From positions 238,930 to 302,929 of the forward strand of contig NIVC01001371.1 of the NCBI GenBank assembly GCA_002269645.1: DNA of 64,000 nt, given 5' to 3'. Positions 11,395 to 23,808 of this stretch are shown here, in pieces. Numbering within the stretch: the stretch's first letter is position 1; each line of letters opens with the position of its first letter. The notes below the pieces were generated by a model. That model made no database searches and had not been told where the DNA came from. It saw only the letters and a list, made by a program, of their open reading frames with translations. The position numbers were made by a program, and so were the translations under genes. This DNA is from Macrostomum lignano. Taxonomy: Eukaryota.

Positions 11395-11588
11395 TAGAGG
11401 TCGGCAAACTTTTTTACCTCAAGGCCAGAGAGAGGAAAGGAGAAGGAATGGAAGATGAGAGGGGAGAGATAGCATGAGAGAAGAGATAAGAGGAAAGAGA
11501 GAGCTGAGAAGAGACAGAAACCTTGAGCGGGCCGGATCGCTATTGTGAAGTTTCAAAGGACCCGAGGGTCGAAGTTTGCCGACCTGCT
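11395..11588. mobile_element. hAT-family MITE with a GA-rich interior
   Basis: Termini tagaggtcggcaaac ... gtttgccgacctgc; internal family motif shared with 3963 and 45959. Confidence 0.8.
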
Positions 11589-12021
11589 TTAAACTAAAAC
11601 TGTTGTCCTTCATGATAAACCTGAATACGAGAAGCCCCCTGTCCCTCCAGATGTTTTGCATTTCTTGATTACCACCATTATTACTGCCCTAAGCGATTTT
11701 TAAACACAAATAATATAATCCTTTCTCCTTCGTGTTGTTCTTTTGTTTGACTGTAATTTATAGTGTTTGATAGTAAAAATTGTTGTATCTACGTATGATA
11801 TTGATAGCTTATTATATAATTAATTGTTATTTGTCTGTTTGCACCAATAGTTGCACTATAATATGTTATATATAATTTATAATATAATAATTATTCATAT
11901 CAACTTGCGCTCTGGACGAATACTCTTCTAGCGCGCTGTGTACAGTGGCTAAATGTGACGCTTATTATTATTTTATTTGTCTATTTAACAAGAAGTAACA
12001 TTGCTAGCAACAGCAATGTCT

Positions 12022-12272
12022 CATCATTAGCCAGGCTAGCTCTGGTTTAGCCTCAGCCAGCTGGCATCATTAGCCAGGCTAGCTCTGGTTTAGTCTCAGT
12101 CAGCTGGCATCATTAGCCAGGCTAGCTCTGGTTTAGTCTCAGCCAGCTGGCGTCATTAGCCAGGCTGGCTCTGGTTTAGCCTCAGCCAGCTGGCATCATT
12201 AGCCAGGCTGGCTCTGGTAGCCTCAGCCAGCTGGCATTAGCCAGGCTGGCTCTGGTTTAGCCTCAGCCAGCC
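12022..12272. repeat. Minisatellite, 43-bp unit catcattagccaggctagctctggtttagcctcagccagctgg
   Basis: About 6 tandem copies just upstream of the RRM gene. Confidence 0.9.
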
Positions 12273-12331
12273 CCAGTATGTTTGGCATCGAATCGTGACT
12301 ACTCTTTGCCTGCTTGCAGACTCTTTGAGCG

Positions 12332-14909
12332 ATGCCGAACTACTGCCAGTGCCCGCCAGATCATTCCGGCCTCTGGGCCTCCGTGTACGTCGCTGGGGTG
12401 CCATATTCGAAGTCCGCCCGCTCCCGTGTTCAAAATTTTTTCTCGGCCGCCGGCCGAATCATGTCCGTTCGAGTTTGCGCTCCGAGAAAGGATAATTTTG
12501 GGGGGTGAGTGCAACTGTACAACTCGGGCTGGTATGGTAAAATCCTGAAGTTATTCATGAGACTTCTCCGATTAGACACCAGTGAGGATTTCATTTCTTA
12601 GCCATCTGTGTGATTTAATCCCATCATAACCTTGTGGTGTGGCGAATTGATCCCATCATAGCCGTATGTTGTGTGTGGGAATCAAACCATCAATGGTATT
12701 TATGGGAAGTTTATCCCATCAATAACTATTTATGGGGATTTTATCCCATAACCATTAATGAGGATTTTATCCCATCAGAACTAACCATTAATGAGGATTT
12801 TATTCCATCATAACTAACTATTTATAGGGATTTTATCCCATCATAACCATTTATGGAAAGTTTATCTCATCATAACTAACGATTTATGGGGTGGGGATTT
12901 TATCCCATAACCATTTATAGGAAAATTATCCCATCATAACCATTTATGGGAAATTCATCTCATTATCCCATCATAACCATTTATGGAAAATTCATCTCAT
13001 TATCCCATCATAACCATTTATGGGAAATTCATCTCATTATCCCATCATAACCATTTATGGAAAATTCATCTCATTATCCCATCATAACCATTTATGGGAA
13101 ATTCATCTCATTATCCCATCATAACCATTTATGGAAAGTTCATTTCATAACTAACGATTTATGGGGTGGGGATTTTATCCCATAACCATTTATGGGCATT
13201 TTATCCTATAATAACAACATTTATGGGAAGTTTATCCCATCATAAATAACCATATATGGGGAGTGTATCCCATCAAATGAATATTTTCTACTTCCGCTTT
13301 CTTCGCCCTGCCCCTGCATTCTCTCGCGTCGCCACCCTGCACCGCAGGACCGGCTTCGCTTTCGTTGACTTCGCCTGTGCGCACGGCGCCTACGCCGCTG
13401 TGCTGCGATTCAATGGCAGCGAATTCCACGGCTGCCGCCTCTCAGTCCAGCTGGCTGAGAGCGGCCTCCGCAACCAGCTGCAGCCGGCGCCATGGTCTCT
13501 GGCTGGCGGCGCTGTCAATGGGCGCCAGAAGGAGTCCAGCATCTATCTGGTGAATGCCCGCGCCCTGAGTCGACAGCACCTATTTACAGAGGTGCTCAAA
13601 CTGGTTAAGCCGCTGGGCAAGATCGGACAGATTAAGATTAATTGGAATCCTGTCCGAGAGTTGTGGAATGCCTTCGTCTATTCGCCTGGTGAGCGCCGCT
13701 GGTGTTTGATGTTCGATTCTTGAAAATTGAATGTCAAATTCGGGCCATAGACAGATTCCTAGGTCCCAATTTATGCCCGTATTTACTGTTAGAAGGGCCA
13801 TAGGTTTGCTGATTTTTATGCAAACTTATATAATAATAATAATAATTGATTACACCTGCCCCAACAGGAAGATTTGCAACCAACAGCTCAGCCGCAGCTG
13901 TTACGCATCTGAAGGCTGCGTACGGCTGTTCAGTCCAAGGACTGGGGGGTCGCCACACACCCTCAATTATCCCAGCTAATGCTGGAACCAATTTTACAGC
14001 TGGTTGAACTGAAGCAATGCAGAGTTAAGTGTCTTGCTCAAGGACACAAATTGTTTCGGGTGGTTTGAGAATCGAACCCAGACCTTTCAGTTGATATTTT
14101 AGTATCGATACAATATATAAGACAATATACGAGTACTTGGTGTTTTGGAAGTCGCATGCTTTCTGTATCTGTAGCATAAAAGATTTATTGCTTAAATCCA
14201 AAAGTAAGCCGCTTTGAGAATACCTCCTACCCCCAGACAAGTTTAAACAGACTTAACCAGAAAAAAGAGTTTTGTGGATTCCCAGAATCGACTGAGCTAA
14301 GGTTGTCCTTCCCGATCTGCAGATCCCAGCTTCGCCGAGCGCGCCGTCTCCAAGCTGAAGGGCGTCCGAATCTTGGACTCTGAGGTGGAAATTGGCGCCT
14401 TCAGGCAGGCCGAGTCGCGCCCAGTGAAAACCGGTCGCGGCGGCGGCGGCGGAGCTGGCGGAAAGCCCGACGCCATGTCGCAGCCGCTGTGCGAGCTATC
14501 CGAAGCTGAGCTGCTTCATCAGCGCCGGTTGGCAGTTGAGGCTGGCACCGGCTTCGCTGCCGATAATCCGCTCCTGTCGGACAGTCGGGCAAGCCAACGG
14601 CTCAAGCGCGTTGTTGACCGCCTAGCAGAGCTGCTCTGCCTGGTCCCGTTCCAGGCCAGTCGGCTGCTGCTGCTGCCAGACACTGAGCCGCCGCAGCTCA
14701 CTTTGATGAAGGCCTCGAAGTCCAAGACAATGACAACTGGTGCGTCGGCAACTTCAGCGTCAACGGTGCCAAAGTCTAGAGACGCATCATCGGCGATCGA
14801 GGAGACCAGCGAGCTGGAGATCAATTACCGGCTGATGTGCTCTGGGGAGCAGTTTGCTCGCTCATCCGACCTGCTGGCCGCCCAGTGCGCCGCCGAGGAC
14901 TGGCAGTGA
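12332..14909 (+). CDS. Two-RRM RNA-binding protein with an unrecognised C-terminal region (366 aa); exons 12332-12504, 13348-13688, 14323-14909
   Basis: RNP2-like SVYVAGVPY in exon 1 joins RNP1 TGFAFVDF across a phase-2 intron. Second RRM SIYLVN...AFVY joins DPSFAERAVSKLKG across a phase-1 intron. Total 1101 nt in frame. Confidence 0.8.
12615..13255. repeat. Degenerate intronic minisatellite, core atcccatcataaccatttatggg (37-bp unit in the centre)
   Basis: Tandem copies fill intron 1 of the RRM gene. Confidence 0.85.
13846..14095 (-). mobile_element. CORE-SINE copy, 5' end decayed
   Basis: Reverse complement of the 10663 family; in intron 2 of the RRM gene. Confidence 0.9.
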
Positions 14910-15088
14910 AAGTGTTACACTGACCTTGGTAAGAAGTTCCAATTCACTGCTTAGAAGATTCGCAGAGAGAGTAGGCCTTTTGTTGTATAATAACCAATTA
15001 CTTATTTTAAGTAGTATGGTTTTATTAAAATTGCATGCGTTGCATTTTTCCGCTCCCAGTTTTTATTGTCGTTTCTCTACTGCAAAAT

Positions 15089-15145
15089 CAGACCTGCCAA
15101 GCCTCTCTATCCGGTCCTCGGGTCCTTTAAAACTTCACAATAGTT
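15089..15145. mobile_element. hAT MITE fragment
   Basis: ccggtcctcgggtcctttaaaacttcacaatag matches the subterminal unit of the 45959 element. Confidence 0.6.
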
Positions 15146-17302
15146 TAGATTAGCAAACCATAACTTGGCTTGCGAAACCTAAGATCCCTTGCGAGAACAG
15201 GACCTCCATGTTTTAGTAAAAAGTGAAGTTCACCTCCTGTTTAAGTGCAGTTGGAACTTTTATAGTGCTCCCAGTGATAAACTTTAAGCAGGAAAACAGG
15301 AAAGATAGAAAGGTATGGAAATTCTTGCAAACTTCGCCAAAGACATGACACAAGCTGGAATACGATTGTCCTGAGGCTTCACATTGGTACTGCAAAGATC
15401 AGCTTGAATAGTCTGTTTGCGCACGAGACTTTAACGCCCGTTCGTCAGGAAATTTTTTTATTCATTATCTTATTGCATTCGTTTAAAATGATATTATACA
15501 GTGTAAAATTCAGCACCCTCTTGGGGAGAGCATTTAATAATTAATAATCATTATAATCCTCACTGAGCTCTATTCTATCCTCTGTCATCTTCTCTGTCAT
15601 CTATTCCCTCTCCTTTCTGGCAATAATACTAATACTATTGTATATTGTAATTAGTAAATAAAAATCGCATTTAATGTCAAGTTTTCTATTGTTCAAATAA
15701 ATAAGCTCAACGAGCTGCGCGCATTTTCGACAAGCAACTATTAAAATATCATTTATAGCATATCCGATTTGATTTTATTTTGATATACACAAACTTATTT
15801 ATTCACTTCTAATTTGATTGAGAGGTAGATGAAGAGAGCTCTCAAAACTGCGCGAAGTACTTTTGTGTACAGAAGAAAAGAAAGCAGAGTTGTTAGCTTT
15901 TTATGCACACGATCAATTTAAAGTAGAATGGCACTATTCATGGGAGCAAGATAATGATTACAATAGGAGCGAGCCAGGCCTCACTGCGTGGGCCATTGAA
16001 TCATTCTTTTTCGCTTTCGACACTGTGCGACTGACTGGTTCGAAGGTACGCCAGTGCAAACGAAAGATTTATACGAGCGGGGCGCAAGGCAAGCTCAGAG
16101 AAAGGTGGACGAGAATTAACAAGCATTTTTGAGAACTGAAGAATAGCCTGTCTAATGGAGAGCCTGGGCTTAGGGCTCAAATTGTTATTACAAGCAAGTG
16201 TACACATACTTTTGGTGCTGTAATACTTTGAAAACATTCACAAATAGTATCGTACGTGCATAGGCATTGCTGCAGATTAGCAAACAGATTTTTCAACTGT
16301 TTCAAATGAGCAAGGGCATATATGTGACTCAATATAACCAATATAAGAGCCGTACGCTCGTAGCAGGACTCAAAATCAACATGTAAAGCGTTGAACAAAA
16401 GTCAACAAACGACAAGCTTTGAGTATAAAAAAGCCATTAGACTTTATCAACTACGGACAGGTTTCCTTAGATTATACTTACAAAAATTGTTTGTCTTCAT
16501 ATTTATATACATTTTCGTAGCGAAACAAGGATATAAATACGGGTAAAACTTACTGTACACTTGATTTAGTGTGCGAGTTACTTTAAAGTCGACCAGATAT
16601 TTTATTCTGAACTATAGCAAGTTCTCAGGCCATCTTAGCGGGCCCTCAGCATCAGATGAAAGTCAAACCAGGGTTTTAGTCATTGACTGTCCCTGATTTT
16701 GCTTCACACGGAAAGAAAACTGGCATGGCTAACAGTTCATGTGCAGCTATGAGATATAGTTGCTCGTGCGAGAAGATACGTACATGTAATATGGTCTGAG
16801 AAATGCTACATTAGACATATGGAGGGAGACACTTCCACGCAAAATGGACCTCGACTTCTGCTGCTGATCCCAAGGTTTGCTGCTGCAGTCAGGTGAAGGT
16901 CTGCTGTATCCGTGCAAAGTCGCTTTTTGAATTATGCTGGCCCTCAGAACTCTACGGCCCTATACGAGTATAGCAAGTCAGAAAGCTTTTCGTATTGTCT
17001 ATGGCCTAACCCATTCTGTAGGCATTTAACTTTGGATGTCTGTTTCCTGCAACTTTGTAGCTAGTTAGCTAGCCAGCTAGGCCAGATAAATTCTACAACA
17101 CTTTTAATTGGTCGAGCCATTTATTTGGCCCGGTCAGATAAATTAACCATAGACTAAAAGGGGGATAAATTCTGAAAGCTGCTGAGCTTCTAGATGTCTA
17201 AAAATCGATTCGGCCTCCAAATTTCGGGGTCGTGTCCACTTCCATACATCCAAGCGGTGTTTCCAGGCCGGTCAGAGTTGGGGGCAACAGCTTATCCTGG
17301 GG

Positions 17303-18589
17303 TCAAACTCGCCAGTAATCCGGAGCCGGTTGTGGCGGACTCCTACTACCCAGTGTGACATCGGCGTTGTACCGACTGCGCACCGCTGGAGGTCCGGCTG
17401 CGCCGCTACTGAATCCGTTCTGGTAGTGTGGTTGCTGCTGCGGTTGGTACTGCAGATGCCGCGACAGCTTGGGGTGGTGATGGTGGTACATCTTAGTGTC
17501 CGAATAAGTGTATGTGTGCATACTCTTGGCGCCGTTGACAGCGACTGATCTGGACGATTGCGGAGTCGTCGTGTTGACTGTTAGCGCCGATGTCGCGGCC
17601 GAAGCAGATGAGCGTGAGCGCGACACCGAGTGCCGACTCGAGGATTTGATGCCAAACAACCGCCTCAGCGAGAAACGCTTGGATCCGCCGCTTCCTTGCG
17701 CAGGCGCGGACGCGGTTGTTGCCGCGGCTGGCAGCTGCTGACGATGCTGGAGCCCATCGCCGGTGACCAGCGGGCGAGTGTGCACCGCCCGGTGCAGCAC
17801 AGCCGATGGCTGCAGACTGCGGCGCTGGTCGTGGCCTTCATGAGGATGATCGAAGTCAGAAGTTGAACGCGATGGAGGCGGCGGCAGCGGCTGCCCTCTG
17901 CCTGGCCAAGGACCGCGGGGCGCCATGGTGAAAATCACCCGACCGCCGCCCGTATTCAGCTGTGTGGAGCGGAGAGTTGTGACCATCATTTAGTCAGGCT
18001 GGTGTTCCAATCGGCTTCAGCATGATTCAGTTTCTACGAGTATCAGATACATGTACATGTTCTTGAACTTTAGACACTCCTGAAGTCCAGAGCCACCATC
18101 CTGAAGTGTAGGGCTACCCTCTGGAAGTTATATAGAGTCAACCTATGGAAGTGTAGAGCTAACCTCTGGAAGTATAGAGCTACTCTCTGCAAGTGTAGAG
18201 CTACCCTCTGGAAGTGTAGAGCTACCCTCTGGAAGTGTAGAGCTACTCTCTGGAAGTGTAGAGCTACCCTCTGGAAGCGTAGAGCTACCCTCTGGAATCG
18301 TAGAGCTACCCTCTGGAAGAATCTCACTCACCTCAAATTCGCTGTCTGCATCGCCCTGAGCAGCGCTATTGCCGAAGCGCAATCGACCTTCGCAATCTCT
18401 ACGATCGGCGCCGTCAGCCGCCGCCACCGCTGCCTCGTCTTCCTCCGGCAGCAGCCAGTTGCTGCCCCATCCGGCGCCAGCTGCGCGGGCTTTCGGCGCC
18501 GCCAGCGTAACGTCGTCAAATCGACGCTCGTCGGCCGAATTGGTTGGCGGAAACGGCGAGCACCAGCGCCTGTCGTTGGCTGCCGACAT
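17303..18589 (-). CDS. Orphan low-complexity protein (~304 aa); exons 18589-18332 and 17959-17303
   Basis: Two GC-rich ORFs joined in phase 0 by donor GAG|gtgagt and acceptor ctccacacag|CTG; no family recognised. Confidence 0.55.
18075..18320. repeat. Intronic minisatellite, 21-bp unit agagctaccctctggaagtgt
   Basis: About 11 copies inside intron 17960-18331. Confidence 0.9.
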
Positions 18590-19861
18590 TTTCTGAACTT
18601 CTCTCGGCAAACCAGATGCCTTTTGTGAGCTTCACCTTATCCGCTAATAGATTGTGCTTCTTTTATGCTGAAGTCTGTTTTGATTCTCTTAACGCCTCCT
18701 GCTTTTAGCAATGAATAATAAGTTTTCAAACTCTTCTCTTCACTTTTTAATGGCTTCGCTGCATTTTAGCCAAGCCGAAGGCCAAGATCGAATGGGATTG
18801 GCCCAGCCTGACCTCAGTCAGCTATTCTCGAAGCTGAAAAATATTTGTCTCTTACTTTCTGCGAAATCTAAAAAAGCCCCGACAACAGAGTAGAAGTTTC
18901 GCCACAATCAGCTCAGGAAAGAAAAAAATTCGTGGGGTAACTAGTGTCGGTAATCCACCCACCTACCCACCCACCCACCTGCCCTGCTTGACACAGCCTG
19001 CCCGCGGGACAAAAAAACCACAATCCAAGCCGCGCGCACAGAGACCACAGAGAGACAACATCATGGCTTTCTGGAGTAATACACGAGATGGAAAAGCAAA
19101 AGACTGAACAAAATAATACAGGCAACGCCCGCGAGCTGAGCACAAAATTTTGTTAACCAGCATCTCATCTGTGGCTGAGTGCATTGCCCGGCGATTGCAG
19201 AATGAAGTGCAGAGGCAGCCTCAAGTTCTCTCTCTCTCTCTCTCTGTCTCTCTCTGTCTTTAGTTTACCATTTTTTATTCTAGTTTCAAGTTGTCCAATC
19301 CGACATGCCATCTTCGAGTGTAAGCTGCTCAGTGTACTCTGCAACGCCAAGCCACGCTAATTCTCTACTTTGCAATGAACTGAAAAGGGCCGACTCTTGA
19401 GAGCGGGGTTATCATTTCGATTGAAGTTGCCCGGAGTAGAAGTACGAACTCTCGTTCATGGCTCTTGGTGACCTCTGTTTGTATTTTCTTCTGTAGCAGA
19501 GTGAGCTACAGCATAGTGACAGACGCTTTTAAGCAGTTTTTGCTCTATTAGGGGCGTATTGGATTGCCGAAAGTACTGGGTCGCTTTCAAATCAGATGCA
19601 GACAGGTACTCGTATTACTGTACGATAGCTATTGTGCATGCAATTCGATTTTCAATTTTACGCCATCAATTAAAATATTACGCACTTGGTTTGGTAGTAT
19701 CTAAATCAGTAGTAGTTAAAGCGTTTTCACATATTTTTTTCTCGAAGCTACATGTATAAGGCTTCATAATTTGAACTCTTCATTAGCTAAAGTATTAAGC
19801 TTGCTTACAGACGCAAAATGAAGCTTGGTACAATAAATTCATAGAGGATGTCTTGGGAGCT

Positions 19862-20060
19862 GATGTATGTTGTTGTGTGTCTAACTCAGAAACCTCAGTG
19901 TTCAACAATATGTGGTGTATGTTGCTGTGTGTCTAACTCAGCAACCTCAGTGTTCAACAATTATATGTGGTGTATGTTGTTGTGTGTCTAACTCAGCAAC
20001 CTCAGTGTTCAACAATATGTGGTGGTGCATGTTGCTGTGTGTCTAACTCAGCAACCTCAA
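19862..20060. repeat. Minisatellite, ~50-bp unit (tgttgtgtgtctaactcagcaacctcagtgttcaacaat...)
   Basis: Four tandem copies. Confidence 0.85.
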
Positions 20061-21318
20061 ACAGTTCTGAACAATCTATGGTCCTGCGTCTCAGCAAACT
20101 CAAAAGATTTCATAGTGTACTTTTACCAAGCTCAGCAATCGCAAGTAGTTCCCGGTGTAAGTTACAGTAACCAAATTCTGTAAAGCTGACCCCTAAAATC
20201 CAATAACCAAAAGTTGAACAAAAAAACGTATATTTTTAGAAACAGGTTGCGCCATTACTCATGGAACTTGCCTAGCGGGCAGCTTCACAAACTGTGTTCT
20301 CCCAATTTAGAACAGCAATTTTTTGTCAGTTCTAAAAATATTACTGACCGAATAGATAGGTAGCTATATATTTTCTGTAGTGTTTTCTGCAAATTGTATA
20401 TAACCGTTTCATAAATCGACATACTTGACAATCTCCAGGCACCCTAGCTGTACAGTGCATGTACATTGAGCTGCATATCAGAGTCGAGAAGCAAGTTATG
20501 ATAAGTAAATCGAAACAAAATACCAACTAGAGTGTAGCGATCTTTCAATTTTTTAAAAGTACCTGCGCAAGTCGTTATCGCGCTCTGTCTTTTATTCAAT
20601 CTTGCAATGCTTGCAAACTTTGAGAAATACCTGTGTGTACAGCGAACTGTGGAACATTCTTGCAGTAGCTGAAATTGCAACCGCATGTGTCATTACTTTT
20701 ACTCGAAATAAGTAACGTGTTTTTTACGTGTACGAAGCAGTGCTATATGTACATAAACTTATGTACGAGATACATTGTATGCGCTGGCCTTACGAAACTA
20801 TATGCTTATTTACACAAAAATTGAAAGCAGCGATAGCGACTGGACAGCAGTGAGACTTGATTTGGTCCAGGGTGTGGGTACATAAGTTTCAACGAAAATT
20901 TACTAAACAATGGAGCGACACACTAGTATAAAGTATTTACAAACAGTTTTTAATATTAAAATAGAGGGAGAAAAATCCATTAGTGGTCGTTCGATACCAT
21001 ACACAAAATGCATTTCCCTTGAAATCACTTTGAGTATTGGCTTAGAAGTCCAGGAAGACAATATTATACAGTATGTTGGTGCAGGGTAAAAAAGTTACAT
21101 AGCGGCACCTTGTCACAGAAAGCAACGACTATACGAGCGTAGAAGGATCGGCACTGCCTAGCCTTTTGTCTTTTAGCTGTCCTGATCAGCACAAAAACTG
21201 CATACACTGTATAACATAGAAAAACACTGTTTGCGGTTGGCTCAATGCGGCTAGTCAGGTACAGGACATTAAACTAACTAAAAACCTGTCTTGTCAGGCT
21301 GCAGGCGCATCGCCAAAG

Positions 21319-22488
21319 TCAATTCTCATTGTCGGCTGCATCGGGGGCTGCGCCGGACATCCGCCTGAGACTGTTAAAGATTGAGTGGAGCCAGAAGGAC
21401 TCTCGAACGATGGTGAAATCTGCGCTGCTTCGTCGCCTGGCGCTCTGGGTCAGGTTGGTCTGTGGGTGAGGAGAGTCGGGCAAACCTTAAGATATGAGCT
21501 TCCTGGCCAGCTTCATCTATGCTTATTTTTCTTCCTGCCAAACTTATCAATCGGTTCGAAATTCACCTTCTGAATTGGAGTCTTCATCTCGTAGTAGTCG
21601 TCGCCGAACTGCTTGAGCATAGTTCCAATCGATCTGTTATGGTTGAGCATCTCAAGCGTAGGCACGGATTGACTGCGCGGCCGGTGATGCTGATTCCACA
21701 GATTTTCAACCTGGACTGCCAGCGGTCGGTAGCCCCGTCTGATCGCTAGTGGTGGCCTCGACAGCTGCAGAGCCTGCCGCTGCTGCTGCTGCTGCTGTTG
21801 CTGCTGTTGCTGCTGCTGTTGCTGCTGCTGCTCCTCGTTTACTGCACATTTGAAAAAAGTGAGCACTTTTGAAGTTATGACAACACTTACAGTTCGTTTG
21901 ACAAAAGGGGTTGTAGCCTACTAGTTAGAGTGTCAGACTCAAGACTGAAAGGTTGGGGGTTCGATTCTCGACCTTACTCGGAACAATTTGTGTCCTTGAA
22001 CAAGACACTTAACTCTGCATTGCTTCAGCTCACCCAGCTGTAAAATGGGTGCCAGCATTAGCTGGGGTAATTGAGACTGTGTGTGTGGCGACCCCCCCCC
22101 CCCAGTCCTTGGACTGAACAGCCGTACGCAGCCTTCAGATGCGCCGCGCAATAGCTGCGGCTGAGCTGTCGGTTGCACTTCTGGCCCGATTGGGGCAGGA
22201 GTAGACATTCAATTATTACGAGCATTATTATTTTATTACTGACAAAAACTATGTAGCAAATTATGTTACCAGAGCACTGTGTATTGGATTATTCGGTGCA
22301 GCTATTTATATCTTCTAAACAGAATTTCTGTAGCTAAAATCACAGACCAGTAGTTAGGTCAAGCTTCAAAACTATACCTGGCATCGATAGAACTCACCTT
22401 TACTCCGAAGCGTCACCATGCTTTCCAAGTCTGACTCGACGTAAAACCTGGCCGCGTGGGTCTCTGGGTTCTCACTTTTGTCTGTCAT
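21319..22488 (-). CDS. Orphan protein with polyQ17 (168 aa); exons 22488-22398, 21841-21567, 21459-21319
   Basis: Canonical donors (G|gtgagt, AAG|gtgaat) and acceptors (tgtgcag, ctcacccacag) give an open 507-nt frame; mixed CAG/CAA tract. Confidence 0.6.
21907..22212 (+). mobile_element. CORE-SINE copy, full length
   Basis: Near-identical to 10663; in intron 1 of the polyQ gene. Confidence 0.9.
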
Positions 22489-23808
22489 TTTCTCTTGCTC
22501 AATTTTACTCTAAGCTGGATTTTAATGTCACTAAGTGAAATAAAATTTGCAAGCTAATTAGTCGCTAGTTGTTTCAATACAACAGCCGAACTGAGCTCTA
22601 CTATCTCTGCAGATCAGCCAGCTTTATAGTGTTGCAGACTCGAGTCAGATAAATTTGCCACGCATGCACAGGGCCTATTATTGGCACTGACGCACTATTA
22701 ACGCTACTTTGAAACCATGCATGCACCCAGCATGCAACCCCTTTTCTCGGACTCCCTTACCTGCTACTTGAGCCAATGGAGTTGGTCGGGAAAGACAGCA
22801 CGCGAGGGAAACGAAATTTGGCAGTGAATAATAATAGCCTTGCATATTAGCTATATTTATTTTAACACCTTAGTAGAAAACAAATTGTACATTGCATCAT
22901 CTCTTCGGCTAAAATAAACTGCACTGGGTCAATCCGCTTCCTTTTTCCTGTTATCTTATTTGCTCACATGATCTCCCTTTGAGTTTCATGTTCTGAAATC
23001 GGGGCCCTTGTAGTGACATCATTTGCCCACCAAATATCGAACCATTTTAACCAGTTCAAACCAGCTGAGCTGAAAATCGACGTAAGTTATTTGGAGTTAT
23101 TAGTTGAAACATTTTAAACAGGGATGCCAATCAAAAAGGGGAGGCCCCGTACCAGGTCGCTTTTTTGGGAGAGGAATTACATCAGGACCCCCTTACAGAC
23201 AATTTGATCTTATACTTAAAACGGCGTTTCCCTTATTCGACGAGAAACGTCGAATAATCTGCCACGTTCATCTGCCACGGCGATCTGTTCCCCAATACTA
23301 GCCAGGTCCGCAGAGTCCCAGCGGACTGTCCTCCGTTCGATAATTTGGAGCCCTTTTACCCGATCAACGGCTTTGGTTTCAGGTGGTAGTCAAGACTGTC
23401 CTGCTGTACAACTCCGCGGGGCGATACACTTTGACTGACGCATTCAAACAAAGACTCGTAAGACAACGACGAGTGAGTCACCATAGCGCGCTACTCATTC
23501 GCCGCACTGACTTGGCCTAGCTACGACTCCAGTTGGCAGGCCACATCATCCGCGCCAGGTCGTACTGTGACGCTACGGATTCTGGTAGGGGACGCTGGTT
23601 TTCACACCTGCCATTTGTGTCCTTGGAGTTTATAGGAAAGTTTATTGCCCATTAATAAAGACTATAATTCGTCCGACAGTTTCGGTTTAAAAAAAAATTG
23701 AAAAGAACTAAAATGAAATTTATTTTTGAAAATGCTCTGGTTTTTTAGAAAAAGAAAATACTCATTTCCTGTTATTAAGAAATTCAAACACGCAGGATAA
23801 GACGCATT

